A stretch of 64,000 bases of DNA from Rickettsia sp. (GTDB lineage: Bacteria; Pseudomonadota; Alphaproteobacteria; Rickettsiales; UBA1997), in assembly GCA_038131245.1 (NCBI GenBank), contig JAYPPA010000005.1:11904-75903 (forward strand), given 5' to 3'. Below, one piece after another: positions 57,178 to 64,000 of this stretch. A program made the position numbers and the translations under genes. Under the pieces are notes generated by a model. It did no database searches. It was not told the origin of the DNA and was given only the letters and a program-made list of their open reading frames with translations. Each line of letters opens with the position of its first letter. Position 1 is the stretch's first letter.

Positions 57178-58497
57178 CTATCGATTAAAGATTTTCAAGC
57201 CCCTTACCAAGTCAACAGCTCTTGCAAGTTGGTGATCAGTTTTGTAAAGCTCAAAATTATCGTCTTTTAACTGATCTGTTGATTTTGCAGCATCGACCTC
57301 TTCTTGAATCTGAGCAGCAATATGCCCCTCAAGATCAGATTCAGAGTTCTTTAGGTCGCTATTGTTGCTAAGCTCTATCTTAGCTTCTTTTACGACAACA
57401 TCGGGCTCTATTCCATGAGCTTGAATTGATTTACCATTGGGAGTATAGTAAAGTGATGTGGTAAGCCTTAAGGCTCCATTATTTTTACTTAAAGGTATGA
57501 CGGTTTGAACTGAGCCTTTACCAAATGACTTTACACCCATAATTATAGCTCTTTTGTTATCCTGTAATGCCCCAGCTACAATCTCAGAAGCAGAAGCCGA
57601 TCCAGAGTTAATTAAAACCACAATGGGATAATTTGGAATTAATCTTTCATCTCTATCGTCTTTATAGATAACTTCTTTGCTTTTATCCCTACCTCTAATT
57701 GAAACAATAAGATCTCCTTTATCAAGGAATTTTTCACTAATCTTAACGGCCTGATCTAGCAAACCACCAGGGTTATTTCTAAGATCTAAAACTAGCCCTT
57801 TAAAATTATCCTTGCCAATTTTTCTTTTTAATTTTTTTAGCTCTTTATCAAGTTGAACAGAAGCTCTTTCAAAAAAGGTGTTAATCTTTATGTAACCAAC
57901 ATCGCCAATTATTTCAGACCTTACCCCTTTTACTTTGATAATATCTCTTTGGATAGTTTTTATTAAAGGTTTTGTTTCAGTCTTTCTAAGAATGGTGATG
58001 GTAACATCTGTTTTTGGTTTGCCTCTCAATTTTTTTACAACATCCTCAATTGATAGTCCCACTACAGTTTTACCATTGATCTTAGATATATAGTCACCAG
58101 ATTTAACGCCAGCTTTGAATGCTGGAGTGTCCTCAATAGCAGTAATAATTTTTACCAATTGGTGCTCCATGGTTATTTCTATGCCAAGGCCGCCAAATTC
58201 TCCTTTTGTTTGGACTTTTATTTCTTCAAAATCATCTTTGTTAAGATATGAAGAGTGAGGATCCAAAGATCTCAGCAACCCATCAGCAGCAGCCTCATAC
58301 AGCTCTTTATTTGATTTTTCCGAGACATAATCTTCTTTAATTTTTGACACTACATCGGCAAAAAATTCCTCTTGATTCTCAACTGTTGTAGATAAAGAGA
58401 TGGGCTGTATCTTGATTTGAGATATCGCAAATGTTGAGAAGAAGCCCGCTAGGACTGCAGAAAATACAACAATAAAAACTCGGATGTAATTGCTCAT
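57178..58497 (-). CDS. ctpA: Carboxy-terminal processing protease (S41 family)
   Basis: 439 aa. It has a PDZ domain (GLGIEI...DTPAFKAGVKSGDYI), LDLRNNPGG and the catalytic INSGSASASEI ... KGSVQ. Confidence 0.9.
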   Translation of the reverse strand: MSNYIRVFIVVFSAVLAGFFSTFAISQIKIQPISLSTTVENQEEFFADVVSKIKEDYVSEKSNKELYEAAADGLLRSLDPHSSYLNKDDFEEIKVQTKGEFGGLGIEITMEHQLVKIITAIEDTPAFKAGVKSGDYISKINGKTVVGLSIEDVVKKLRGKPKTDVTITILRKTETKPLIKTIQRDIIKVKGVRSEIIGDVGYIKINTFFERASVQLDKELKKLKRKIGKDNFKGLVLDLRNNPGGLLDQAVKISEKFLDKGDLIVSIRGRDKSKEVIYKDDRDERLIPNYPIVVLINSGSASASEIVAGALQDNKRAIIMGVKSFGKGSVQTVIPLSKNNGALRLTTSLYYTPNGKSIQAHGIEPDVVVKEAKIELSNNSDLKNSESDLEGHIAAQIQEEVDAAKSTDQLKDDNFELYKTDHQLARAVDLVRGLKIFNR

Positions 58498-58532
58498 ATT
58501 ATGAATTTGAGTGTAAAAATTAAAAAGATTTG

Positions 58533-58913
58533 CTAATCAGAAATGCCATATTCAGATTTAAGCTTTTCAGTAATGTCTTTTGGAGGCTCTTCTCCGTAGG
58601 CTGAATATAAAATTACTCCATAATTTTCTAGATGAATAATGTCATCATTTAGAGCTTTTAAGAATAATTGCAGCTTTAACCTTTCAACTAAAACATAATA
58701 CCAAGCACTACTCCCAGCATCAACGCCTTTAACCAAATATATCAAATCCGCTTTTGATTTTTTTTGCGGATCTATAGCAGCAGTTTGCGTAGATCTTTGA
58801 GTCGGAGCAGCTTGGCTAGACTTTTTAGCTCTATCTGCCATACTTTCACCACTAAAAGTTGGTGATTGTTTTTTATATCTTTCTGCAAAACTTTGTGATT
58901 GTTTCTCTGTCAT
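58533..58913 (-). CDS. Hypothetical protein (126 aa)
   Basis: The N-terminal ~55 aa are polar and disordered-looking, and the C-terminal ~70 aa look globular (DLIYLVKGVDAGSSAWYYVLVERLKLQLFLKAL). I recognised no family. It is co-oriented upstream of ctpA. Confidence 0.5.
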   Translation of the reverse strand: MTEKQSQSFAERYKKQSPTFSGESMADRAKKSSQAAPTQRSTQTAAIDPQKKSKADLIYLVKGVDAGSSAWYYVLVERLKLQLFLKALNDDIIHLENYGVILYSAYGEEPPKDITEKLKSEYGISD

Positions 58914-58929
58914 GATATTTTAATTAAGT

Positions 58930-59109
58930 TTAAGTATTAGCTTTCATCCACCAGTCATTAACTGATCTCTTTGGTCCACACGGCCCTCCTTCAAGGGATA
59001 CGCAAGGACTTTTGATATCAACTGTTTTACTAGAGCATGAAATAGTTAGTGCCAATAAGCCAGTAAAGATAATGATTCTTACCGTTGTTTTTCTAATTTT
59101 GTTTATCAT
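58930..59109 (-). CDS. Small (59 aa) putative lipoprotein with Cys/Pro motif
   Basis: Not in the ORF track (under 60 aa). Hand translation gives MINKIRKTTVRIIIFTGLLALTISCSSKTVDIKSPCVSLEGGPCGPKRSVNDWWMKANT*. It has a basic n-region, a hydrophobic core and the lipobox-compatible LTIS-C. No clear SD is present. Confidence 0.45.
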   Translation of the reverse strand: MINKIRKTTVRIIIFTGLLALTISCSSKTVDIKSPCVSLEGGPCGPKRSVNDWWMKANT

Positions 59110-59194
59110 ATATCAATAAATTACTTGATAAAACTTTTTTCTATATATATATTTACACATATAAATTATAAAATAAAGTAAAAACTTCAAAAAA

Positions 59195-60241
59195 ATGCAA
59201 AAAATTTTAATTATAGGTTGTGGGTTGATTGGTTTTTCCTTGGCAAAAGCCCTAAAAAATAAGCTACCAAGCCTTGATATTGCTGTATTTGATAGCGATA
59301 AAGAGGTCGTTGATATTGCCTTATCTTCAAATATTGCGGATAAATATCAAGATATCACCCAAAAGGGCGGAAATTTCGATTTAGTGGCAATTTCCAGTCC
59401 ATTATCTACTTATGAAGATATTTTTGATAAAATATCGCAAAATATCAGTGCATCTCTTATAATTGATTTAGGATCGTTGAATGGTTATCCATTGTCAATT
59501 GCTGAATCAAAGCTTAAAACTGGCTTTATTTCGTGCCACCCTATTGCGGGAAGTGAAAAATCTGGCATTGAAAATTCCACTGCAGATCTTTTTGAAGGTA
59601 AGGACTTTATGGTATCAGGGGATGTAGATAGTAAAAATAAGGCTCTTTTGCAAGATTTAACTAATGCGATAGGCTCTAATATGAAGACTTTAAACCCAAA
59701 AGATCACGATAAAATCTTCGCCCTAACCTCACATTTACCGCAATTTTTGTCGTTTTTATCGTCTGATTTTACTCCAAAAGTTCAAAAAAATGAATCAATA
59801 CAGAAGGCTTTTAGGTTAAATAAGTCGAATCCAGCGATTTGGCGAGAAATTTTCGATCTTAATTCAGTAAATATTGAAAAATATTATAATGAGTTTTTTG
59901 ACAATTTGTGCGATTTCATAGAGGCCTTAGATTCTGGTAATTATGGTCTTTTGCATGATTTTCTTGTCAAAAGCGGCTCTTTGAGTGCAAAATCGGATAA
60001 AATTGTTGAATCTGACCATTCAAATACTGATTTGGCCACGATACTATTTCGCTTGATTATTGTTTTATCTTATGTTAAAATTAAAGATGTAAATATTTAT
60101 CAAGAATATACAGGCAGTGGTTTTACTGACTTTACTTCTATAATCGATTATTTTAAAGATTTGGATTTTGAGTCTTTTAATAAATTATTATTGAAAAATA
60201 AGTCTAAAATTATCGATTATTTTGATAAGATTTCTACATAA
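59195..60241 (+). CDS. tyrA: Prephenate/arogenate dehydrogenase family protein
   Basis: It has the Rossmann motif ILIIGCGLIG and the catalytic region CHPIAGSEKSG. Its 348 aa include an extended C-terminal region. Confidence 0.7.
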   Translation: MQKILIIGCGLIGFSLAKALKNKLPSLDIAVFDSDKEVVDIALSSNIADKYQDITQKGGNFDLVAISSPLSTYEDIFDKISQNISASLIIDLGSLNGYPLSIAESKLKTGFISCHPIAGSEKSGIENSTADLFEGKDFMVSGDVDSKNKALLQDLTNAIGSNMKTLNPKDHDKIFALTSHLPQFLSFLSSDFTPKVQKNESIQKAFRLNKSNPAIWREIFDLNSVNIEKYYNEFFDNLCDFIEALDSGNYGLLHDFLVKSGSLSAKSDKIVESDHSNTDLATILFRLIIVLSYVKIKDVNIYQEYTGSGFTDFTSIIDYFKDLDFESFNKLLLKNKSKIIDYFDKIST

Positions 60242-60244
60242 AAT

Positions 60245-61345
60245 ATGGTTGATAATATAGGCGATATAAGGCCGTACAGGATAATTAACAGAAGAAAATC
60301 AAGACAGATCAGGGTTGGTAATGTCTTAGTTGGAGGTGGTGCGCCAATTTCCGTGCAATCCATGACTAATAGTTTAACTACAGATATAAAGGCAACAATC
60401 CGCCAAGTCAATGAATGTGCCTCAGTTGGGGCTGATATCATGAGAATTTCCGTGCCAGACAAAGAATCATCAGAGGCTTTGGCGAAAATTATTCCTCATT
60501 GTGATGTGCCAATTGTGGCTGATATTCATTTTCATTATAGACGAGGCATCGAGGCGGCAAAAGCTGGAGCAAGCTGTCTTAGGATCAATCCTGGCAATAT
60601 TGGAAGCGATGAAAAAGTCAAAGAGGTCATAAAAGCAGCAAAGGATCATGGCTGTTCAATTAGAATTGGCGTGAATGCTGGGTCTTTAGAACAAGATTTG
60701 CTCGATAAATATAAAACGCCCTGCCCTGATGCTTTGGTGGAGTCTGCGCAAAGGCATATTAATATTCTTGAGCAGAATGATTTCTTTGACTTTAAGATCA
60801 GCGTTAAGGCTTCGGATATATTTTTGGCAATTGAATCATATAAGGCGCTGGCTAAAGTTTGCGATTATCCGCTGCATATTGGTATTACTGAGGCTGGAGG
60901 GTTTACTTCGGGAACGATAAAGTCTTCGATTGGGCTTGGGAATCTGCTTTTAGCTGGAATTGGCGATACTATACGAGTTTCTTTATCTGCAAACCCGGTC
61001 GAAGAAGTCAAAGTCGCATTTCACATGCTAAAGGCCCTTGGTCTTAGGCATAAAGGTGTTAATATAATTTCATGTCCATCATGCGCTAGACAGGCTTTTG
61101 ACGTCATTAAAACCGTCGAGGAAGTCGAAAAACGCGTCGAACACATCAAAAAGCCGATGGATATTTCGATTTTGGGCTGCGTTGTTAATGGCCTTGGAGA
61201 GGCTGCGCATACGCAAATCGGAATTACTGGTGGTGGTAATGATCGACATAATGTTTACTTAAATGGCTTGCCCAATCACAAAGTTTCCAGTTCTGAATTG
61301 GTTGATCACATTGTTTCTTTGATAGAAAAAGAGGCTGCTAATTAA
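60245..61345 (+). CDS. ispG: 4-hydroxy-3-methylbut-2-en-1-yl diphosphate synthase
   Basis: 366 aa. It has [22 protein letters not shown], the [4Fe-4S] cysteines (ISCPSCAR ... GCVVNGLGE) and GITGGG. Confidence 0.95.
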   Translation: MVDNIGDIRPYRIINRRKSRQIRVGNVLVGGGAPISVQSMTNSLTTDIKATIRQVNECASVGADIMRISVPDKESSEALAKIIPHCDVPIVADIHFHYRRGIEAAKAGASCLRINPGNIGSDEKVKEVIKAAKDHGCSIRIGVNAGSLEQDLLDKYKTPCPDALVESAQRHINILEQNDFFDFKISVKASDIFLAIESYKALAKVCDYPLHIGITEAGGFTSGTIKSSIGLGNLLLAGIGDTIRVSLSANPVEEVKVAFHMLKALGLRHKGVNIISCPSCARQAFDVIKTVEEVEKRVEHIKKPMDISILGCVVNGLGEAAHTQIGITGGGNDRHNVYLNGLPNHKVSSSELVDHIVSLIEKEAAN

Positions 61346-61354
61346 TTTTTTATA

Positions 61355-62128
61355 ATGACTCTTGATCAGGCGATAATTAGGGATAATTTTTCAAAATTTC
61401 ACGCAAGTTACGACAGTAACACAAATATCCAAAAAAAGTCAGCTAAAATGCTGGTCGAAGAATCATTAAAATATCTAGATCCGAATAGCTTTTTTAATAT
61501 TTTGGATTTAGGATCTGGCACTGGAAATGTCGCTAAAGAGGTTCGCAATCATCTTTCAAATAAAAATAGAATTGTTAATTGTGACTTTTCATTGCCAATG
61601 TTGACTAGTTCTGGTGAGGAATTTTCTGTTTGCAGCGATATTTGCAATTTACCAATTAAAGATGTGGAGATTTTTGATGCTGTATTTTCTTCCTTTTGCT
61701 TACAGTGGCTTGATTGCGGTGAAATAAAGAAATTACTAGATAATTTATATAAAATTTGTAGCTCTGGGGCTATTTTTTCATTTTGCCTACCAATAAATGG
61801 CTCTTTTCATGAATTTCTTGATGCAAATTTTCAAAGTGGCTGTAATTTTCATTTTATTGATTTGCCTAAGGGGCTTGATGTTGAAAATTTAATAAATTCG
61901 TCTGATTTTGAAATTTTAGAGTTAAGAGCCATAAATTTTAAAGTAAAATACTTAAATGCACTTGGATTTCTGAAAAAAATTAAAGATTCTGGTGCAAATT
62001 ATCACGCTCCTGGATCAAATAACATCATTAATAGAAAAAAAATAAAAAAAATTAGTGACATTTTATTTGAAAAGTACGATAATTATATTACTTGGAATGT
62101 TTTATATTGTTATTTAATAAAAAAATAG
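61355..62128 (+). CDS. Class I SAM-dependent methyltransferase, BioC-like
   Basis: IRDNFSKFHASYDSNTNIQKK.A..L followed by ILDLGSGTGN matches the N-terminal pattern of malonyl-ACP O-methyltransferase (BioC). The assignment is tentative. Confidence 0.5.
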   Translation: MTLDQAIIRDNFSKFHASYDSNTNIQKKSAKMLVEESLKYLDPNSFFNILDLGSGTGNVAKEVRNHLSNKNRIVNCDFSLPMLTSSGEEFSVCSDICNLPIKDVEIFDAVFSSFCLQWLDCGEIKKLLDNLYKICSSGAIFSFCLPINGSFHEFLDANFQSGCNFHFIDLPKGLDVENLINSSDFEILELRAINFKVKYLNALGFLKKIKDSGANYHAPGSNNIINRKKIKKISDILFEKYDNYITWNVLYCYLIKK

Positions 62129-62138
62129 ATATTTGCTT

Positions 62139-62579
62139 ATGTTAGGTAAAATAAAATCTATTCTCATTGGAAAAAAACCTGCAAAGCCAGGCGAAAAAGA
62201 AAAGGAATCGACCCTTGTTGGTTTTAAAAGGGGCATAAATAAATTATCTGGACTTATTTCAGATTACTTTACAAATTTTACATCTGATTTAAAAACAATG
62301 AAAGAAAAGTCCAGGGACTTGTTAAAAACCAATGTGAATCTTGGCCTTAAGCATTTAAATAATGATAAGATAGGTGATGCGATTTTTAGGTTTAAAATTG
62401 TGAGTATTTTATGGCCAAATCATGTAAAAACACATTACTACCTTGCTCATTGCTATATATTGCAAAAAAAATATGATCAAGCCGACAAGTCGTTACAAAA
62501 ATTACTCACAATGGATCCCTCTTATGATTTAAAGGTTAAAGGCATGATAAATAAAATTAAAGAAGCAAGGGGTGATTAA
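62139..62579 (+). CDS. Tetratricopeptide-repeat protein
   Basis: The ATG is at 62139 (the track uses TTG 62133). TPR-like helices are GDAIFRFKIVSILWPNHVKTHYYLAHCYILQKKYDQADKSLQKLLTMDPS. Confidence 0.5.
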   Translation: MLGKIKSILIGKKPAKPGEKEKESTLVGFKRGINKLSGLISDYFTNFTSDLKTMKEKSRDLLKTNVNLGLKHLNNDKIGDAIFRFKIVSILWPNHVKTHYYLAHCYILQKKYDQADKSLQKLLTMDPSYDLKVKGMINKIKEARGD

Positions 62580-63339
62580 CTTACCAAGAAACTTAAAAAC
62601 ATTTCTTTTTGTGTTTCTGGCATTTTTTATGTATTGCTCCACTAGCAACGCTCAAGATGAGGATGATTTTTCTGCCTTTGAAGAGCAAATGCTTGGCTCA
62701 ACAGTTAAGATATATGACCCACTTGAGCCACTTAATAGAAAAATATTCACATTTAATGATTATGTGGACGAATATTTTCTTAATTATGTAGTGGATTCTT
62801 ATAGGTTTATAGTTCCTGAATTTGCAAGAAAGGGGGTTAGAAATTTTTTTGACAACTTGTATAAGCCATTTTCCATTATTAATTCATTTGCCCAAGGTAA
62901 GACTGATAATGGCCTAGCCAGTCTATCTAGCTTTGTTATTAACACAACAGTTGGAGTTTTTGGCTTTATTGATGTTGCTCAAGATGAAGAAGTATTTTAC
63001 AACGTTGAAACTTTTGGTCAAACTCTTGGTCATTATGGTATTGGGACTGGGCCGTATTTGGTATTGCCTCTCTTGGGACCTTCAACATTGAGAGGATTTT
63101 CTTCTGATGCCTTGCAAAGTGCACTTTCTCCAATAGGTTTTGACGTGCTTTTAATTGGAGACAAAGTAAATGTAGACATTGAGGATGATACAAAAATTGG
63201 CTTAACAGCCTTACAGGCAATCGACAAGAAAGAGTCCATATCTTCTATAATTGAAGACATTAAAAAGGACTCCTTTGATTATTACTCCACAGTTCGATCC
63301 TATTATTTACAAAATTTAGAAAGTAAAGTTAAAAGATAA
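62572..63339 (+). CDS. mlaA: MlaA (VacJ) family outer-membrane lipoprotein
   Basis: A GTG start is preceded by AAGGGG. It has the lipobox region FFMYCS and DPLEPLNRKIFTFNDYVD......VRNFFDNLYKPFSIIN, the MlaA signature. Confidence 0.8.
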   Translation: MINLPRNLKTFLFVFLAFFMYCSTSNAQDEDDFSAFEEQMLGSTVKIYDPLEPLNRKIFTFNDYVDEYFLNYVVDSYRFIVPEFARKGVRNFFDNLYKPFSIINSFAQGKTDNGLASLSSFVINTTVGVFGFIDVAQDEEVFYNVETFGQTLGHYGIGTGPYLVLPLLGPSTLRGFSSDALQSALSPIGFDVLLIGDKVNVDIEDDTKIGLTALQAIDKKESISSIIEDIKKDSFDYYSTVRSYYLQNLESKVKR

Positions 63340-63346
63340 CAAGTTT

Positions 63347-63934
63347 ATGAGAAATTTTATATTTATTAATACATTTTTGGCTTTTTGCTTCTTAAGTAAC
63401 TCATCTTTTGCTCAGTTTAACAAGCAGGACTTTAAAGATTATACTGAAAAATTTGCCGATAAGGTGATTAAAATCTCAGCAAGCAAACTTTCCGATCAAA
63501 AAAAGGTTGATGAACTTATAACTATAATTGATGAATCTATTGATCTTAAGTGGATATCTAGATTTGTTCTTGGTAAACATTACAAAACTTTTTCAATTTC
63601 AGAATTTCAAAGATTTTTGGAGCTTTACAGAAAATATATGATAAATACCTATGCTACAAAATTTTCCTCCTATAAAGGTAAAAAGTTTTTAATTAAAGAC
63701 ATAAAATTTCAAAAAATATTTTATTTAGCAGACACCGAATTCTACTCAGTTGATAGCAATGTTCCTATTCTTGTTTCCTTTAGGTTAAAAAAGAGAGGCG
63801 ATAAGATTTACATAATAGACTTTATTCCAGAAGGAATAAGCTTGCTTGAATCTCAAAGATCAGAGCTTGATTCGGCAATTTCTTCAAATGGCGTTGGTAA
63901 GTTTCTCGATGATTTAAAGAAAAAGGTTGAATAA
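63347..63934 (+). CDS. mlaC: MlaC (Ttg2D) family periplasmic phospholipid-binding protein
   Basis: It has a signal peptide, and IDLKWISRFVLGKHYKTFSISEFQRFLELYRKYMINTYA matches the MlaC/toluene-tolerance pattern. It is adjacent to mlaA. Confidence 0.75.
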   Translation: MRNFIFINTFLAFCFLSNSSFAQFNKQDFKDYTEKFADKVIKISASKLSDQKKVDELITIIDESIDLKWISRFVLGKHYKTFSISEFQRFLELYRKYMINTYATKFSSYKGKKFLIKDIKFQKIFYLADTEFYSVDSNVPILVSFRLKKRGDKIYIIDFIPEGISLLESQRSELDSAISSNGVGKFLDDLKKKVE

Positions 63935-63935
63935 A

Positions 63936-64000
63936 TCATCTCTTGAAGATGAAATTATCCATAGTTGATAATTTTGGATCAAATTTATAGCCATCTTTAT
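63936..64000 (-). CDS. 3' end of an unidentified minus-strand gene (continues beyond the window)
   Basis: The minus-strand frame reads ...KDGYKFDPKLSTMDNFIFKR* with its stop at 63938-63936. It is too short to identify. Confidence 0.25.
   Translation of the reverse strand, partial: KDGYKFDPKLSTMDNFIFKR

Overview
AT-rich (about one-third GC by eye), gene-dense chromosomal window. It holds about 60 protein genes, and many junctions are ATGA-type or 4-17 nt overlaps. The source is a Gram-negative bacterium, most likely an alphaproteobacterium and possibly host-associated. This is inferred from frr-uppS-cdsA, lptF-lptG-yidD, metX-metW, ppdK, HisN-type phosphatase, mlaA/mlaC, two secreted ankyrin-repeat proteins and short GC-rich palindromic inserts. 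Content is mostly housekeeping: rpsD, Met/aromatic/NAD/riboflavin/thiamine/isoprenoid biosynthesis, topA, ligA, dnaB, tsaD, envelope biogenesis (LptFG, SurA-like, CtpA, AsmA/YhdP-like, Mla) and transporters. I recognised no rRNA, tRNA, CRISPR array, transposase, integrase or prophage genes, and no clear-cut defence island. The most interesting items, none proven:
1. A tightly coupled beta-CASP nuclease / AMP-phosphorylase-like / divergent PRPP-synthetase-like operon downstream of copA (45377-49132).
2. An adjacent 382-nt non-coding spacer, followed by a consensus promoter driving a Cys-containing orphan ORF with three TATTGACA copies (49133-49820).
3. A 117-nt hairpin in the rpsD leader.
4. 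Short GC-rich palindromic elements in three intergenic spacers, two of which create spurious N-terminal extensions in the ORF track.
5. Two small lipoprotein-like genes under 60 aa that are absent from the ORF track.
6. An orphan SdhA-like flavoprotein near nadC.
7. Tandem signal-peptide ankyrin proteins.
All functional calls come from my own reading of the translated ORFs and motifs; no database search was possible.
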